A stretch of DNA of 64,000 nucleotides from Candidatus Bathyarchaeia archaeon (GTDB taxonomy: Archaea; Thermoproteota; Bathyarchaeia; Bathyarchaeales; Bathycorpusculaceae): positions 64,001 through 128,000 of the forward strand of contig JBEKXL010000004.1 of the NCBI GenBank assembly GCA_049512075.1, read 5' to 3'. A program made the translations under genes and the position numbers. Below are positions 9,134 through 18,775 of the stretch, in pieces; within the stretch, counting starts at the first letter, position 1; every line of letters begins with the position of its first letter. Under the pieces are notes generated by a model. It saw only the letters and a program-made list of their open reading frames with translations, was not told the origin of the DNA and did no database searches.

Positions 9134-9410
9134 AAAGATAGAAACTGTTGACAGAACCATAACCGTCAAGTTGCCCAGGAGATTAGATGAGTACCTTCAA
9201 GGCTTGGCTAGGGCGCTTAACCGAACTGTCGAAAATATGCTCTTGGAAGATCTCTATGCCAAGCTGGAGTGTTTTTTCCAAGGTGGTTTCGCTGAGGACT
9301 GGACACTGGAGATATTAGACGGAAGTGAAGGGAAGAATCTGGAACAAGAAGTCACGGAAGTCGCAAACGTTGTATTGAATCAATCGGTTGAGAGGACCGC
9401 AATCCTCTAA
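9123..9410 (+). CDS. RHH-like DNA-binding protein
   Basis: ITVKLPRRLDEYLQGLARALNRTVENML; ATG at 9123; T-rich tract after the stop. Confidence 0.6.
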   Translation: MKTEKIETVDRTITVKLPRRLDEYLQGLARALNRTVENMLLEDLYAKLECFFQGGFAEDWTLEILDGSEGKNLEQEVTEVANVVLNQSVERTAIL

Positions 9411-9447
9411 CTCTCTCTTTTTTTGTGAATTTATGAAGGCTTAGGCC

Positions 9448-9594
9448 ATGACTGAAACAGAACTTAACGCGGATGATCGTGAGCTGGTTCGTCAAGAACT
9501 TTATTGGATAGCCTGTTATCTACGAAAGAACTATCATGCGCTCACACCTTGGATAAGAAAGCAACTGCACGAAATGATTAGCGTTTCGGTCTAG
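9448..9594 (+). CDS. 48-aa hypothetical protein, possibly a gene remnant
   Basis: Translated by hand: MTETELNADDRELVRQELYWIACYLRKNYHALTPWIRKQLHEMISVSV. Confidence 0.3.
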   Translation: MTETELNADDRELVRQELYWIACYLRKNYHALTPWIRKQLHEMISVSV

Positions 9595-9985
9595 TGCGCG
9601 CTCTATCTATCTGTGATGTGACAAAGTTTCAGAGATTCTGCGAAAGCATCCTGACCTAGTAAACCTTGAAGCATATAAGAAAACCATGCATGAAGCGATA
9701 GATGAATTTTAGGAGATAATTGTTATGGTTGAACATAGCGCGCACTCTGTTTATCATCTAGTTAAAAGCCCTGCGAGTCATTTTATATATGGAAAGGATT
9801 AAATATTGTTTCTATATTCACAACTTATTTAAGCCAAATCAGAACAAGCAAAACCAATAACGAGAAAGATGTGCAATTATGCACGTAGTGAATAGAGAAA
9901 ACCTCTATGCATACATAAATAAGGTACTGGACACTCAACATCAATGGTAAGGTTGGGTATTTTGTTTGTTGAAGGGTGATGAAAA

Positions 9986-10231
9986 ATGACTGAATTATTG
10001 TCTCTTAAAGAAGCACCTATAACCTTCAAAATGAAGTTGATTCAAGAGCTAGGATATGAATCCGATGGAACGTATGTTTTGAACAAAGACGGGACAAGAT
10101 GCCTAGATAGATACACGCAAGAACCTATACAACTAGATAACATGGTAATTCTTCCTGGAAGCGCAATAATACTTGATGACAATGAGTTGAGTATCCTCTG
10201 TTATTTAGAGGAATTTGGAGATGTCCTCTAA
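9986..10231 (+). CDS. small acidic hypothetical cargo protein
   Basis: GGTGA RBS, AT-rich, overlaps the next gene. Confidence 0.65.
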   Translation: MTELLSLKEAPITFKMKLIQELGYESDGTYVLNKDGTRCLDRYTQEPIQLDNMVILPGSAIILDDNELSILCYLEEFGDVL

Positions 10232-10913
10232 AGACCCTCTAAAGAGTGCTGTTGAGGGCGCGGTCAAAGGTGCTCTTGAATATCTTGATGACAAGATAAC
10301 TGGTTACATTACAAAACTTAGTAATAGAGAACTTGCTTTCATTGGAGAAGCTCAAACAATAAAGACTGCGAAAGACTCGAAAAATGCGTCAGAATACAAG
10401 TTTTTCAAACAATACATTGACAACCCTAATTACCGTGTTCAGTTTCTATTAGGGTTAACATTGAGAAAATTTGAGAAAGATAACAAACGCCTCACCCGTT
10501 TGAGAGACAAAATACTACGCAAATATGGTGAGAAAGGACTCCATGTTGCTCAGTTCGTTCAGAATGGGCTTGTTAACAATTACTTTGGAAATGTCCTTGA
10601 GACTTCGACGATTAACCCGGAAGATTTGACGATTGAAATCGAGAAGTTATTCGATAACATAGAGAACATAGTTAACTACATTGAACAATTTGACAATGTG
10701 GACAAAAAGGTCAAAGAGATAGCGACCAAGATAAACGCTTTCTCGCCAAAAACATACATTATCTGCAGTTCAAAATTTGCGATGGAACAAGGGCAGAAAG
10801 TTCTAAAGGGAGTGCAGAAAGAAATCCAAAACTATGAGGTTGAGCTATACAAGACAGACATTAAAGAAGTTTACTTTTTGAGGAGAACCCCGCCTAAGAC
10901 ATCTAGTCATTAG
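10221..10913 (+). CDS. hypothetical cargo protein
   Basis: 230-aa AT-rich ORF; ATG at 10221 preceded by GGAG. Confidence 0.7.
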   Translation: MSSKDPLKSAVEGAVKGALEYLDDKITGYITKLSNRELAFIGEAQTIKTAKDSKNASEYKFFKQYIDNPNYRVQFLLGLTLRKFEKDNKRLTRLRDKILRKYGEKGLHVAQFVQNGLVNNYFGNVLETSTINPEDLTIEIEKLFDNIENIVNYIEQFDNVDKKVKEIATKINAFSPKTYIICSSKFAMEQGQKVLKGVQKEIQNYEVELYKTDIKEVYFLRRTPPKTSSH

Positions 10914-11046
10914 AAAACGAGGAAGTTAGCGCGAGTTAGTGCAAGAGCCATGGATGTGAGGCACTGCTTCTTAGCAGAAAAGCCTAGCCTAAACCACTCA
11001 AACTATGCCACTCGTGCTGGTGGTCGGTGTGATCTACACACTGGCT

Positions 11047-11319
11047 CTATCCAACCCACTCGCGTTTTCCAGCTTGGTTGAGTCTAGTATAGGTTTTAGG
11101 TGTCTGGTCTAGCATCTTTGAAATGGTGTTTGCGGTTCTCAGCATACGCCGACTTGCCCTATCTAAGAACCTGCTTGATCCAGGCAGTCGAACACAGTCA
11201 ATCATTCCACTGGCCTGTTCAAACAAGACGCGGTAAGCGTTCAAGACTGCACGTTCAAAAACCCTTTCAAACTTGGGCTTTTTTCTGCTTCTCATTCTGT
11301 TCACCACTTTCCTGTTCAA
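11047..11319 (-). CDS. small basic protein coupled to the integrase (possible directionality factor)
   Basis: TTG start overlaps the integrase stop; function inferred from position only. Confidence 0.4.
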   Translation of the reverse strand: MNRKVVNRMRSRKKPKFERVFERAVLNAYRVLFEQASGMIDCVRLPGSSRFLDRASRRMLRTANTISKMLDQTPKTYTRLNQAGKREWVG

Positions 11320-12533
11320 TCTACCGTCTTCCGTATTTCCTGAACTGTCCTTTCAATGTCTCCGAGTTTCCTTTCAACCGCCTGCATCCTACCCTTTAGG
11401 TCCATGTTCTCAGTCACAAGCGAGTTAACCAAAACCTGAAGCTGCTTGTTCTGCTGTTCCATTTCGCCTTTGAGCTTCTCTCTGAGTTCTTCAACGTCAA
11501 CCTTGGGCGTACTAATCGAAACAAGCTTCTCTCTGGCTAGATACATCTGTTTCAAAGATTCGAATTGCACGGACTTGTAGGCTTCGTTTAAGGCTCCTAC
11601 TTCATGGCCTAGCCAGAAGTCAACCACGCTGTCCGGAACGCCTGAGTTAGCCATTATTGAACCGAAGGATTCACGCAGAGCATGTGGTCCCAATGGGTTG
11701 TGGCTGTTTCCGTTGTTCGTTTTGTCTATGAATCCGCTTTTCAAAGTCACTTCCCTGAGCATGTCCTGCACGTTGGCGGTTCTAATGCCTTCTCTTCCTC
11801 GGTCTTGAAGGAACAATGGGTCGTTAGGCGTGAGCTGTATGTCTCTTGATTTCAAGTCCGCCAAGTAAGCTCGCAATGCTTCTGTTGCGTCTTTGCCTAT
11901 GAATGTGTAGAATGGAACGCCTGTCTTAGGCCTCTGAAGGTCAAGCTTCAATGGGTGTTCATTCTTTGCTAATCCTTGAGCCACGTCTTTGTATCTCAGA
12001 CTGCACAAGGTCGAAACGTCTAATCCACCTTGGAAGTGTACGAGAATGATGGCTCTGTCTCTTGGTGTTCTAGCATGGTCAACCAAAACTTTGACTTGCT
12101 CCGCCCCAACAATCATCCGCTTGTTTTCTGTTCTTGGCCTTGGAAGTCTCTGTCTTCCCCTCATGTTGACTGTTAACTCATAGGTCTGATAGAAACTTCG
12201 TATAGCTGAAACGAACAGGTGAGCTAGGTTATCTGATAATCCTTTGCCAACAATCCGATGTTCGCCTTGGCCTCTCGACTTCTTTTCATAATCCTTCTTG
12301 AGCCATCCGTAGAAGCCTAGTATCCTAGTCAAGAGAACGTCCTGCTTCTGTCTAGGGTCGTGCTTTGAATCTTCTATGGCTTCGTCAATAAGCTGCGAAG
12401 GCGTTAGGCCAGTGTATAAGGTGTAGGCTCTGAATGCTGTCTTGTAGTTGGCCTTTGTTCCCGGCTTACTTATCGTTCCCAGCCAACGTTTCAAAACTGG
12501 GTCTTCCCAACTGACTGTATCCGCTTTCACCAT
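11316..12533 (-). CDS. tyrosine integrase of E1
   Basis: RDRAII, RPKTG, HALRES, WLGH, AY; first catalytic Arg position reads GLDVST. Confidence 0.88.
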   Translation of the reverse strand: MVKADTVSWEDPVLKRWLGTISKPGTKANYKTAFRAYTLYTGLTPSQLIDEAIEDSKHDPRQKQDVLLTRILGFYGWLKKDYEKKSRGQGEHRIVGKGLSDNLAHLFVSAIRSFYQTYELTVNMRGRQRLPRPRTENKRMIVGAEQVKVLVDHARTPRDRAIILVHFQGGLDVSTLCSLRYKDVAQGLAKNEHPLKLDLQRPKTGVPFYTFIGKDATEALRAYLADLKSRDIQLTPNDPLFLQDRGREGIRTANVQDMLREVTLKSGFIDKTNNGNSHNPLGPHALRESFGSIMANSGVPDSVVDFWLGHEVGALNEAYKSVQFESLKQMYLAREKLVSISTPKVDVEELREKLKGEMEQQNKQLQVLVNSLVTENMDLKGRMQAVERKLGDIERTVQEIRKTVD

Positions 12534-12591
12534 ACATCACATCCGCCTTTCGTATGTGTAAATAACTAAAGGCAGAAGTCATATATAAAAC

Positions 12592-14022
12592 TTAGCTTGT
12601 AGGCTTACTAAATCTCCATTTGACGCCTTGAGAAGTGTCCTCAATCAATATGCCCATGGCCTTGAGCCGTTGCCTAATCTCATCAGCCGTCTTCCAATCT
12701 TTCGCCCTTCTTGCTTCTTCCCTTTTCAGAATAAGCTCCTCAGCCTCTCTTGGCAACTTTTCTTCCTTTTTGATTTCACCTATGACGCCCAAAACCTTGT
12801 CAAACTCGAGCATTGTGTCGTAAACTTCCTTTGCTTCCTCTCTGCTCAGCATGTTTCCATCAATAAGATTGTTGACGTCTCTGATGAAATCAAAGAGTGC
12901 AGCCAAGGCCACGCTTATGTTTAAGTCATCGTCCATGGCTTCCTCAAAACCATTTTGCACCCGGACAGTCAGCTGTTTGAGCTGGTCCCCGCTGCCCTTG
13001 CCGTCAGCGTCCAGCAGGCGGTGTACGAAGTTTGTCAGTCGGTCTAGAGTGTTCCTTGCAGCTTCCAGACCTTCGAAGGTGAAGTTGACCTGCTGCCTGT
13101 AATGCGTTGCGAGGAGGAGATATCGTATGGCCTTCGGGTCATAACCCTTGGCTGTTAAATCCCGTACAGTATAGTAGTTGCCCAGGCTCTTCGCCATTCT
13201 TCTGCCTTCTATGAGCAAGTGCTCGTTGTGAAGCCAGTAGTTTACGAATTTCTTGCCTGTGGCAGCTTCGCTTTGGGCAATCTCGTTTTCGTGATGTGGG
13301 AAGAGGTTGTCCGCACCGCCGCAGTGAATATCCAGTGTTTCACCGAGGTATTTCATTGACATGGCTGAGCATTCAATGTGCCATCCGGGTCTTCCCTTTC
13401 CAAACGGCGTCTCCCAGAAGACATCTCCATCCTCTTCGCTCCACGCCTTCCATAAGGCGAAATCTTGCGCCTGCTCCTTGGCGTACTCGTCAACCTTCAC
13501 TCTTGCGCCGAGCTTTAGGTTTTCGACCTTGATGTTTGCAAGCTTCCCATAGTCCTTGAACTTTGAAATGTCATAGTATATCGAACCGTCTTCACCCTTG
13601 TACGCGTAGCCTTTCTCCATCAACTTCGTGATCAGAGCCACCATCTCTGGCACATGCTCGGTCGCCTTCGGATAAAACTCTGCCTTTTCAATGTTCAACG
13701 TCGCAACATCCTCAAAGAAAGCCCTCGTGTAACGTTCTGTGTATTCCTTGAGCGGCACTCCATTCTTCCTGGAAGCCTTAATCGCCTTGTCATCGACATC
13801 CGTCAGGTTCATGACCTGAGTGACCTTGAAACCGCGATACTCAAGCCACCTCCTCAGCAGATCTTCGAAAATGAACGCTCGATAGTTCCCTATGTGTCCA
13901 TAATCGTAAACAGTAAGCCCACACGTGTACATCTTGACCTTTCCTTTTTCGAGGGGAATGAACTTTCCCTTCTCACGTGCCAGACTATTGAAAAACCGAA
14001 TATTGCCGGGTCGAGATTCCAT
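12592..14022 (-). CDS. cysS: cysteinyl-tRNA synthetase
   Basis: MYTCGLTVYDYGHIGN, DFALWK, GRPGWHIECS, FPHHENE, RMAKS, DALR domain. Confidence 0.97.
   Translation of the reverse strand: MESRPGNIRFFNSLAREKGKFIPLEKGKVKMYTCGLTVYDYGHIGNYRAFIFEDLLRRWLEYRGFKVTQVMNLTDVDDKAIKASRKNGVPLKEYTERYTRAFFEDVATLNIEKAEFYPKATEHVPEMVALITKLMEKGYAYKGEDGSIYYDISKFKDYGKLANIKVENLKLGARVKVDEYAKEQAQDFALWKAWSEEDGDVFWETPFGKGRPGWHIECSAMSMKYLGETLDIHCGGADNLFPHHENEIAQSEAATGKKFVNYWLHNEHLLIEGRRMAKSLGNYYTVRDLTAKGYDPKAIRYLLLATHYRQQVNFTFEGLEAARNTLDRLTNFVHRLLDADGKGSGDQLKQLTVRVQNGFEEAMDDDLNISVALAALFDFIRDVNNLIDGNMLSREEAKEVYDTMLEFDKVLGVIGEIKKEEKLPREAEELILKREEARRAKDWKTADEIRQRLKAMGILIEDTSQGVKWRFSKPTS
12613..12621 (+). repeat. E1 right att core TCTCCATTT (cysS codons K-W-R)
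   Basis: Identical to 1672-1680. Confidence 0.75.
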
Positions 14023-14261
14023 GAACTTCCCAAGAAACTAACAATCAAACATACTTAAGCATTTTACGCCAGAGCCTCAGACTTCCGCCCTTGCTAATCA
14101 AAGCGATAGCACCCATTGTGACAGTCTGAAACAAGCAGCAGCCTACTGAAGACTCGCCCACGCACACCAGTTCACATGCACAGGTACAATGATATACTCC
14201 AACGCCAATAGGACGAGGTAGCTAGCCAAGCTTCTTAGCGCGCGCACAATATCACAAACTG

Positions 14262-14513
14262 AACAAGGGTAGAGGCAGAATGAGCGGACAGGTGAGAATC
14301 CGAATAAGATATGAGATGTACATAGGCAAATGGTTTGACTACTTAATGGTCTCAAGACAAGAGATGGAACAGATTCTACTAGAGACAGGATGGAAGATTA
14401 GGGAATTTCTGAACTCTGGAGGCCCACACTACACAGCGATCATCACGAAGATTCGCACGCCCTTATGGTGTTTAGCACTATTCCGAATAGTTTTTCAAGG
14501 GTTATATGCTTAG
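14262..14513 (+). pseudogene. C-terminal fragment of a class I SAM methyltransferase-like gene
   Basis: GRMSGQVRIRIRY...WFDYLMVSxxEMEQIL..TGW resembles a methyltransferase C-terminus; no SAM-binding N-terminus present. Confidence 0.45.
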
Positions 14514-14537
14514 AAGCAGTAGTATCCTGTCAAAGGT

Positions 14538-15008
14538 GTGCTGCGGTTGTTCAGTAAAATACTAGTTCCATTAGACGGGTCTGAACATTCTTTGAAGGCG
14601 TTGGAAGAGGCAGCTCAGATAGCGAAGAAATTCTCTGGAAATATAACGTTGATACACGTGTACTCCGTGCAGCCTATCATGATGCCAGAGCCATCTACCG
14701 TAGGTTCGCTAAGCATTCCAATCATAACAGGCGCTGAGGTTTCCACAATGATTGAAGCGGCTAAGAAGCTGGGAAACAGGATTCTGGAAGACGGCGAACA
14801 AAGGATCAAGACCTCGGGGCTTCAAGTCGAAAAGATGCTCGTGGAAGGGCACGCCGTTGAAGAAATCGTGAGGGTGGCGAATCAAGGCAGTTTTGATCTA
14901 ATCGTGATAGGTGCTAGAGGTGTAAGCCACATGAGAGAGATGCTTCTGGGAAGCGTAACTGATGGAGTGATGCATCATGTGCGCTGTCCGGTACTAGTGA
15001 TGAAATAG
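14538..15008 (+). CDS. uspA: universal stress protein
   Basis: KILVPLDGS, DLIVIGARG, LLGSVT. Confidence 0.93.
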   Translation: MLRLFSKILVPLDGSEHSLKALEEAAQIAKKFSGNITLIHVYSVQPIMMPEPSTVGSLSIPIITGAEVSTMIEAAKKLGNRILEDGEQRIKTSGLQVEKMLVEGHAVEEIVRVANQGSFDLIVIGARGVSHMREMLLGSVTDGVMHHVRCPVLVMK

Positions 15009-15242
15009 CAGTATTTCCCAAGGACTGTTGGATCTCTCTAACTTGGCCTTTCTGATGAAGGCACAGTGAAAGCAGGCTGCACTTTTTCCACGTTGAACCG
15101 ACGCGTCAAACCCTACCGTGCACGTTGGCATCTAATCTTAATGGGCCCACCTGTCAACGTGCCAAGTCTAATATCCTTCTGGAAAACCTTTTAACGCAAC
15201 AGAGGGCAAACTATTCCTCTACTTCAAGAAGGGGGGAATGTT

Positions 15243-16109
15243 TTGACCGAAATCAAGAAAGTTGCAGTCTTAGGCGCGGGCCTGATGGGGCATGGCATTG
15301 CTCAGGTAGCCGCTCAAACGGGCAAGTACGAGGTGAACCTCAGGGACATCGAACAGCGGTTCATCGACGGAGGTATGGGCATGATTCGGGAGAGTCTTCA
15401 ACGATTTGTCAAAAAAGGAATGCTCACCGAGTTAGACGTGAACGCCATACTCGCAAGGATTCATCCCATGTTGGACTTGGAACAAGCTGTTTGTGACGCT
15501 GACCTGATAATCGAGGCCGTGCCTGAAAACGTTGAGCTAAAAAAGACAATGTCCCGTGAAGTGGACAGTTGCGCTCCGGCCCACGCCATAATCGCCTCCA
15601 ACACGTCCTCTGTAAGCATAACAGAAATAGCCTCATCCACAAAACGACCGGAAAAAGTGTGCGGAATGCACTTCTTCAACCCTCCGCAACTCATGAAACT
15701 CATAGAAGTCATCAGAGGGGCAAAAACCTCAGACGAGACTATCCAAACAGTCCTAGACGTTGCACACAGGATGGAAAAGGAAACCGTTCTCGTCAAGAAA
15801 GACTGTCCTGGGTTCATAGTGAACCGCATACTCATCCCCGCACTCAACGAAGCCGTGGCGATTTATTGGGAAGGCATCGCAGACAGGGACGACATAGACA
15901 AAGCCATAAAGCTCGGACTGAACTGGCCAATGGGCCCACTCATGCTGCTCGACTACATAGGCTCAGACACCACACTGGCCATAGCCGAAGTCCTCACGCG
16001 AGAACTCGATCCCAAGTTCCATCCAACCAACGGACTTAAACAAATGGCAAGAGCCCAACTCCTCGGCAGAAAAACCGGCAAAGGCTTCTACGACTGGACA
16101 CAAAAATAG
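15243..16109 (+). CDS. hbd: 3-hydroxyacyl/3-hydroxybutyryl-CoA dehydrogenase
   Basis: GAGLMGHGIA, EAVPE, SNTSS, GMHFFNP, PGFIVNR. Confidence 0.93.
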   Translation: MTEIKKVAVLGAGLMGHGIAQVAAQTGKYEVNLRDIEQRFIDGGMGMIRESLQRFVKKGMLTELDVNAILARIHPMLDLEQAVCDADLIIEAVPENVELKKTMSREVDSCAPAHAIIASNTSSVSITEIASSTKRPEKVCGMHFFNPPQLMKLIEVIRGAKTSDETIQTVLDVAHRMEKETVLVKKDCPGFIVNRILIPALNEAVAIYWEGIADRDDIDKAIKLGLNWPMGPLMLLDYIGSDTTLAIAEVLTRELDPKFHPTNGLKQMARAQLLGRKTGKGFYDWTQK

Positions 16110-16126
16110 AGGAAGGCAAGGCCACG

Positions 16127-16909
16127 ATGGACTTCAAGTACATAATCTACGAAAAAAGCGAAGGAATCGCCACAATCACCCTGAACCGCCCTGAAGCACT
16201 GAACGCCTTCAGCAAAGAAGTCGTGGAGGAAATCCTGCAGGCACTCGAAGACGTCAAAAACGATGAAAACGTTCGCGTCGTGGTGCTGACAGGAGCCGGC
16301 GAAAAAGCGTTCTCAGCAGGCGCCGACATAAAAGCCATGGCAGGAATGACAGCCCTCAAAGCCCGAGAACTCTCTCTTATGGGAGAAAAACTCTGTCTCG
16401 CCCTCGAAAACCTGGAAAAACCGGTTATCGCGGCCTTGAACGGTTACGCCTTGGGCGGAGGCTTGGAAGTCGCCATGTCATGCGACCTCCGCGTCGCTTC
16501 AGAAAACGCCCGCATGGGACAAACAGAAATCAACATAGGCCTAATCCCCGGATGGGGCGGAACCCAGAGACTCACACGCTTGATTGGCCGGGCAAAGGCG
16601 AAAGAACTCGTCTTCACAGGCAGAATGATTGACGCAAAGACAGCAGAACAACTCGGCATAATAAACATGGTAGCCCCCGCCGACAAGTTCAAGGAAACAG
16701 TCAGACAGTTTGCTCTGGAACTCGCGTCCAAGGCTCCAGTAGCGGTCAGAGTCGCCAAAGCCCTAATCAACAAAGGCGCAGACATAGGTTTGGACTCGGC
16801 ACTGGCGCTAGAACGGGAAGGCTTCGGCGTTGTCGCATCCACAGAAGACCTGAAAGAAGGCGTCTCAGCCTTCACCGAAAAGAGAAAACCGGTCTTTAAA
16901 GGCAAGTAG
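16127..16909 (+). CDS. crt: enoyl-CoA hydratase (crotonase)
   Basis: AFSAGADI, ALGGGLE, PGWGGTQRL. Confidence 0.93.
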   Translation: MDFKYIIYEKSEGIATITLNRPEALNAFSKEVVEEILQALEDVKNDENVRVVVLTGAGEKAFSAGADIKAMAGMTALKARELSLMGEKLCLALENLEKPVIAALNGYALGGGLEVAMSCDLRVASENARMGQTEINIGLIPGWGGTQRLTRLIGRAKAKELVFTGRMIDAKTAEQLGIINMVAPADKFKETVRQFALELASKAPVAVRVAKALINKGADIGLDSALALEREGFGVVASTEDLKEGVSAFTEKRKPVFKGK

Positions 16910-17112
16910 CAGTCTTCAACAATCTCCTGAAGCCCTACTTCGCGCGCGAGGGGCATCACTTGGCTGTTGCTAATAGTGTGGAAGAAGAAGAGTCCCGTAG
17001 AAGCTGGATTTGAGTCGTTTGTGGTTACAGAATGTTGTCCTGTATCTTTCAGAAAAGGAAAACGGCGCACAAACCCTGCGTGTGTCAATACCCGAAGACC
17101 AAGACGTGCGTG

Positions 17113-17663
17113 CTATTCTACTAGCAGGAAAGCGTATCTGTTCATAGTTTGCGAATAGTCACGCAAAACCTCGATAGGGTAGCCGAGCTGTCTGACCGTT
17201 GAAAAAACGTCAACGGCCATTGCTTCGGAAGGTGGACGCGCGGACCGTTTGTTCTTACATCTGACCCTTTCTTTTTTTCCCCCCCCCCGCAGTTCTTGCA
17301 CAGGCTACAGGAATCCATGAAGAGCAGGAACGTCTTTGGATTACCCGCCAAGAATACCTCCCGCTCCAATCCGAGAAGCCTCTCATTGACGCCTCTTGCC
17401 CATTCGTGCCGTTCCTCTGGCTCTTCAACCTTCTTTTCAAAATGAAAGACAACACCCTCGCTATACTCGCCAAAGAAACTTCTGCATTCATCAACGGGCG
17501 GGGTATTTGGAGGGCAGCAGGCGATTTTTCCATATTCTATGCAGCCGAACATGCATTTCATTCTTACCCATTGAGAGACCACAATGCTCTTCGGGTCAAT
17601 CCATCTGAAATCTTTGAGCTGGTACTTGAGGAACAGTTCTTCTAGTTGCCTTCGTTTTCTCAT
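17113..17663 (-). pseudogene. DUF2284 metal-binding protein, frameshifted at a T7-C10 tract (~17272-17288)
   Basis: WVRMKCMFGC..YG..CCPP and CSLC in one frame; C..ARP.SEAMAVDVFSTV in the other. Confidence 0.75.
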
Positions 17664-17903
17664 CTAGATCAGCCTCGAAATTCAGACGCACGATTATGCT
17701 TGCGGTGTTCAAATAACTTTGCGCTCCCGTGTGTAGATGGGAAGAATGTGAGGTCAAGTAGGACTGTGTTACCTAACGCCTTTGACCTATTCTATGAAAC
17801 CCGCAACCGTTTCGAATTTTCAAGATGGGTTCCTCGGGTTTTCCTCAAAAGTGATATATGCAGGTGCATCGAAAGGCCTGTTTCAACTGTCATCCATTGA
17901 CAA

Positions 17904-18578
17904 ATGAAGAGTATGAGTGGGATGATGAAGTTCATAATCTTCGGTCCGCCAGGTTCAGGCAAAGGCACCTACGCTTCTCGCCTGCAAACGAAGCTGGGTG
18001 TGGAGGTAATCGCTACGGGAGACCTGCTGCGTGAGATAATGAAGGAAGACACGCCGCTGGGCAGAAAGGTGAAGGGATTTGTGGAGAAAGGCCTGCTAGG
18101 GCCAAGTGAAGTTGTGACAGAAGTTCTGATGCAGCGCTTAGCAAGATCCACGGGCAAGAAGGGCTTCATCCTGGACGGCTATCCACGGACGATTGACCAG
18201 GCCAAAGCTCTAGAAAAACTCGCCAAAATAGACGGTGTCATCCTGTTAACCGTGCCCGAAAAGATAATAGTCGAACGGCTCTCCAGCCGAAGAATATGCA
18301 AGAACTGCGGAGAAGTGTACAACATACGCTTCCTAAAACCCAAAGTGGAAGGAGTGTGCGATAAGTGCGGCGGACAACTCTACCAACGTTCCGACGACAA
18401 ACCAGAAGTCATAAAAGACCGCATAGCCGTCTACGAGAAACAGACCGAACCCGTCCTGAAATACTACAAAGAGAAAAAAACTCCATTCATCGAGTTCAAA
18501 TGCGACAGCCTCGACATGCCACCAGAATTGGCCGTTGAAAACATCCTGAAACAACTCAAACATTTAAAACTGGCCTAG
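17904..18578 (+). CDS. adk: adenylate kinase (long form, Zn lid)
   Basis: GPPGSGKGT, LDGYPRT, CKNC...CDKC, QRSDD. Confidence 0.95.
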   Translation: MKSMSGMMKFIIFGPPGSGKGTYASRLQTKLGVEVIATGDLLREIMKEDTPLGRKVKGFVEKGLLGPSEVVTEVLMQRLARSTGKKGFILDGYPRTIDQAKALEKLAKIDGVILLTVPEKIIVERLSSRRICKNCGEVYNIRFLKPKVEGVCDKCGGQLYQRSDDKPEVIKDRIAVYEKQTEPVLKYYKEKKTPFIEFKCDSLDMPPELAVENILKQLKHLKLA

Positions 18579-18775
18579 AAGCCGCAACATAAATCAAACA
18601 GAAAAATCAGTCAATCATGAACTTAAGCACCAAAAATCACACATCAGACGTTCACACAATGGCTCAAACCCAACAAGAAACCTACTGGCCCATGGCAGCT
18701 TCGAGCTTCCCGCAGACCAACCTTAACAGTGTCCTAGAACGTGTCGACTGCTGCCTCTTGAAAAAAGGAAGAAGC

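Larger units (their letters stand above)
1672..12621. mobile_element. integrated virus/plasmid-like element E1 (~10.9 kb) in the 3' end of cysS
   Basis: 9-bp direct repeat TCTCCATTT at 1672-1680 and 12613-12621; terminal tyrosine integrase; Prim-Pol replicase; dense small ORFs. Confidence 0.85.

Noticed and set aside
16444-17088. 214-aa minus-strand ORF and similar long antisense ORFs (e.g. 21128-21838, 54792-55454)
   Set aside because: Shadows of well-supported genes on the opposite strand.
17272-17288. T7-C10 tract in DUF2284 as a phase-variation switch
   Set aside because: The low-complexity stretch garbles a conserved region and looks like an assembly artefact; cannot be resolved without reads.
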